Shown one piece after another: positions 60,578-64,000 of a stretch of DNA of 64,000 bases (the stretch's first letter is position 1; each line of letters begins with the position of its first letter). The translations under genes were made by a program, and so were the position numbers. Below the pieces are notes generated by a model. That model saw only the letters and a list, made by a program, of their open reading frames with translations. It was not told the DNA's origin and did no database searches. The DNA lies in contig MCFE01000492.1 of assembly GCA_002104905.1 (NCBI GenBank), positions 2,830 to 66,829 of the forward strand, read 5' to 3'. This stretch comes from Basidiobolus meristosporus CBS 931.73 (Eukaryota; Fungi; Basidiobolomycota).

Positions 60578-63151
60578 TTATTTGGCCTCTGGCTTGTCAT
60601 CCTCGAATTCAATAAGGATCTCCTCTGCACCAACGCTAGTACCGGGTTGGGTGTACACCTTCTTTACCTTGCCAACACGAGTGGCCCGCAAGACGTTCTG
60701 CATCTTCATGGCTTCGACCACAGCCAACTCAGCTCCTTCGGCGATAACATCTCCTGGCTTGACGGCAATGCTGACAACACTTCCGGGCATAGGAGAGATC
60801 AGGAACTTGGCCATGTCTTGCTTGGGCTTCTCCTTCATGTATTGAGAGAATTGTTGCTGGGCCTCATTGAGGACACTAACATCAAACTTGGTGCCGTAGT
60901 GTTGAAGCTTGAAGCCTAGTGGTTGGGGGTCGAGGTATTGAACGTCAACCTCCTTTTCGTTGATGCGAGCGTTTACCAAAGATGATTCAAGTTCCCAGTC
61001 GGCCTCGATGGCAACTGGCTCCTTATCATTGATGGAGACTGAGAACTTGGAGTCGGATTCAAGCGAGACAGGTCCCTCCCTGCTGACCTTAACCTTCATC
61101 ACCTTATCCTTGTCGGCGGGAGTGGGGTTCACGTACAAGTTCCACTCTTGGGGAACCTTTCTTTCAAGCTCGCCGAGACTGAGGTTTTTGCCAAAGGCCT
61201 TGTTGCGGATGTCACGCTTGGCGTAGACTAGAGCAGCAATTGAGGCGAGCTCATTGGATGTCTCCTCGTTGAGAGAGTGTCCCTTGAATCCTTCTGGGTA
61301 TTCTTCAGCAAGGAATTTGGTGGAGATCTTGCCACTGGCAAATCTAGGGTGGGAGACCACTTCGCGAAGCAGAGGAATGTTGTGGGTGACTCCCTTGATC
61401 ACATAGGAGTCGAGGGCCTTCTTCATGTTCTCAATGGCTTCATCTCTGGTATCACCGTGGGTGCAGAGTTTGCAGATCATGGGATCGTAGTAGATGCTGA
61501 TCTCACTTCCTTCAATGATACCGCTGTCACATCTCACTTCGCCCTTGCCCTTCAGGCTCTTGGGCTCAATGTACTTGCTGAGACGACCGATGGATGGGAG
61601 ATATTTCTCGGGATCCTCGGCATATACTCTGGATTCAATGGCCCAGCCGTGGATGGTAAGGTCCTTTTGTTGCAAAGCCAGCTTCTGCCCGGCGGCTACG
61701 CGGATCATTTGCTCGACAAGATCCACTCCGGAGATGTATTCAGTGATAGGATGCTCCACCTGAAGACGGGTGTTCATCTCCAAGAAATAGAAGTTTCTTT
61801 GAGAGTCGACCAAGAATTCAACAGTACCTAGGGGTAAACATGTTAGAAGAAGCGCTATCTCAGCGAAGCATCCACGACTTACCAGCAGAAGAGTAGCCGA
61901 CTTTTTTGGCCAGAGCAACTGCCTGTTCACCCATGGCCTTTCTGGTGGCTTCGTCCAAGTGAGTACTGGGGGCTTCTTCGATAACCTTCTGGTTACGACG
62001 TTGGATTGAGCATTCTCTTTCGGGAAGATAAACCACGTTGTCGTGCTTGTCAGCCAGAATCTGGATTTCGATGTGACGTGGGTTGTCAACATATTTTTCA
62101 ACGAGCAGTCTGTTGTCACCGAAGCTAGACATGGACTCGCTGGAGGCGATCTTAAAGCCAGAGACGACTTCCTCGTCGTTCCTACGAATGCCGTTAGGGT
62201 TGCTCGGATAGAACGATCAGATGCGTGAATCGCAACTTACCAAGCAATACGCATACCCTTGCCACCACCACCAGCAGAGGCCTTCAACATTACAGGGTAT
62301 CCAATCTCATGAGCTAAGGTATTGCACAGTTAGATTTGTCATTAGCACACAGCTTATAAAGCTTCTTACCAATTTCCAAAGCGTGATCGGCATCTCTAAC
62401 AACTCCATTGAAGCCAGGAATGGTGCTGACACCGGCTTCCTTGGCAATGATTTTACTCTGGATCTTATCACCCATAGCGCCCATGGCGTATTCACCGGGG
62501 CCAATGAAAGTGACGCCTTCCTTCTCTAGGGTCTGGACAAAAGCGGCGTTTTCTGACAAGAAGCCATATCCTAGTTGATGGAATGGTTAGGAACCCGGCT
62601 TAAGGTGGAAGTAGTCTGGTTGTAGTGGTCACCTGGATGAACGGCCTTGGCACCACTCTCTTTGATGGCGTTTAGAATAGCGGGCACGTTCAGATAACTT
62701 TGGCTGGTAGGAGCAGGTCCCTGGAGAAGATACTCAAAAAAGAGTCCCAAGTGCTAGTCTTTGTCTGCTGATACTTACCACGTTGTAGGCCTCGTCAGCA
62801 AGCTTGACGTGGAGACTGTTGGCGTCAGCGTCGGAGTAAATTGCAACGGTCTTGATACCCATTTTCTTACAAGTACGAATGACTCTGCAGGCGATTTCAC
62901 CACGATTGGCAATCAAAATCTTATCGAAGGTCTGGAAAAGAAGCGGACGTTAGTCTCGCAGCGCGGGAAGAGAGGGCTGCTCTGGTGAGGCTAACCTTTC
63001 CATAGTCAACGTTCTCTTGCACGTTAGCCTTGAAAGCAGTAGCTGTGGTATGGATAAATTGGTAGGAAGCAGGACGAAGAGTAACTGCAGATTGACGAGC
63101 CAACAACAAGTTGGCCGAAAACCGAGGGACGTGTCTAAGTTTAGCAAACAT
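60578..63151 (-). CDS. PCCA: Propionyl-CoA carboxylase alpha chain, mitochondrial, multi-exon
   Basis: Presequence [12 protein letters not shown], then [26 protein letters not shown] and [18 protein letters not shown]; PCCA-type [21 protein letters not shown] and [13 protein letters not shown]; biotin motif EAMKM. Confidence 0.92.
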
Positions 63152-64000
63152 ATTCTTGCGGAGAGTTGAGGTGATAGCTTGGAGGAATGGATATATATAA
63201 GAACCATGGGCTTTCGTGGAAACGGTAGTTAGTTCACGTGTAACCCTGACCCTATACATAGATTTACAATGGCGTTGCATTCAAAAGGGTAATTTACCTG
63301 GAGGCTCATCGGGGTTACCGCACCCGTGAGAGTCCTCAGTAATACCACTGTCGCCGCGCATGGATTCTGGCCTCACCCCTGAACTTGGACTCTAGATCCC
63401 GTCAGCACCAGTGATGGCTGGCCAGTTTCAAATTTCGATCTGGATGCAGAAACCAGAGCTTCTGTTCGTCGACTCATAAAAGTAATACGCCTGTATCTCT
63501 CAGTGGATGCCAGAAATCGGAATCCACTCTGAGACATCCACTTAGCTTAGGTAACCCTGGTTGAAAAGGGCCCCAATGGCTGCCTCCACTGAATGCCCCC
63601 ACATTTACCTGATTCCTGAAGATCATTCAACCAGAATTAGCTACTACATCCCGATAATAATGGCCTGAATCCGATCATTACAATGATATCATTTATCGAA
63701 GCAAACTGCCCAAGCCACTTAGTGTGGATAATTCGAGACTTGCAGTCGGCCTTAGCAGCTACTGCCTAAGCAGTAACCTTAAGAGATTCTCAATTGTGCA
63801 ACTTGGAGTGATTACGCGGTGTTGTCGGCACAGATATAGTTAAATTCTCACTCGGAGTTACTCAAAGCCATCTCAGTTCTGGAGGAAGTTCTGGCCCGTT
63901 GCGAGCCTTTGCCGAACTCGCACTCACACCAGCTCGGCCGCCCCAATTACTTTGCCCTTCGGAGCGGCCATTACTGAGAGAATCTTACGTACGGCTGAGT

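Noticed and set aside
59771-62132. Several + strand ORFs (94, 120 and 184 aa, among others)
   Set aside because: Antisense shadows of RPL37 and PCCA.
63320-63540. TPP-riboswitch-like words (GTGAGA...ATACC...TGAACTTG) and an imperfect hairpin near 63498-63534
   Set aside because: Spacing and the P4/P5 consensus do not fit, and no thiamine gene is adjacent.
1-64000. CRISPR arrays, rRNA genes, prokaryotic operons or defence systems
   Set aside because: None seen; the DNA is spliceosomal-intron-containing eukaryotic sequence with no regularly spaced short repeats.

Overview
Eukaryotic, intron-containing fungal DNA with short (about 50-125 nt) GT-AG introns and CTAAC branch points. It most likely comes from an early-diverging, non-Dikarya fungus; EFL plus propionyl-CoA carboxylase points to a Basidiobolus/Zoopagomycota-type or chytrid-type genome (inference). 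About 24 protein-coding genes are supported. Conserved housekeeping genes: Gyp2/TBC1D9 RabGAP, Trm2, three mitochondrial carriers (SAL1, NDT1, ORT1), EFL, CENP-X/MHF2, Bur1/CDK9, QNG1, MFSD5-like, uL30m, RPL37 and PCCA. Lineage-variable or secreted genes: a signal-peptide Dcr2-type metallophosphatase with six MABP beta-prism repeats, a GDSL lipase, a full-length serpin with a non-inhibitory-looking hinge, an intronless P450 and a homeobox protein. CENP-X and RPL37 are absent from the ORF track, and several other genes needed hand splicing. Two CpG-depleted Ty1/Copia graveyards (about 17.0-18.3 kb and 53.1-55.6 kb) share one LTR family; two LTR ends are followed by a PBS matching the internal (half-molecule) region of initiator tRNA-Met. 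A decayed EFL copy directly downstream of EFL carries an exact 390-bp microhomology-bounded deletion. No rRNA, tRNA or CRISPR array was found. All family assignments come from motif recognition by eye; no searches were run. Multi-exon gene coordinates run from start to stop codon and include introns.
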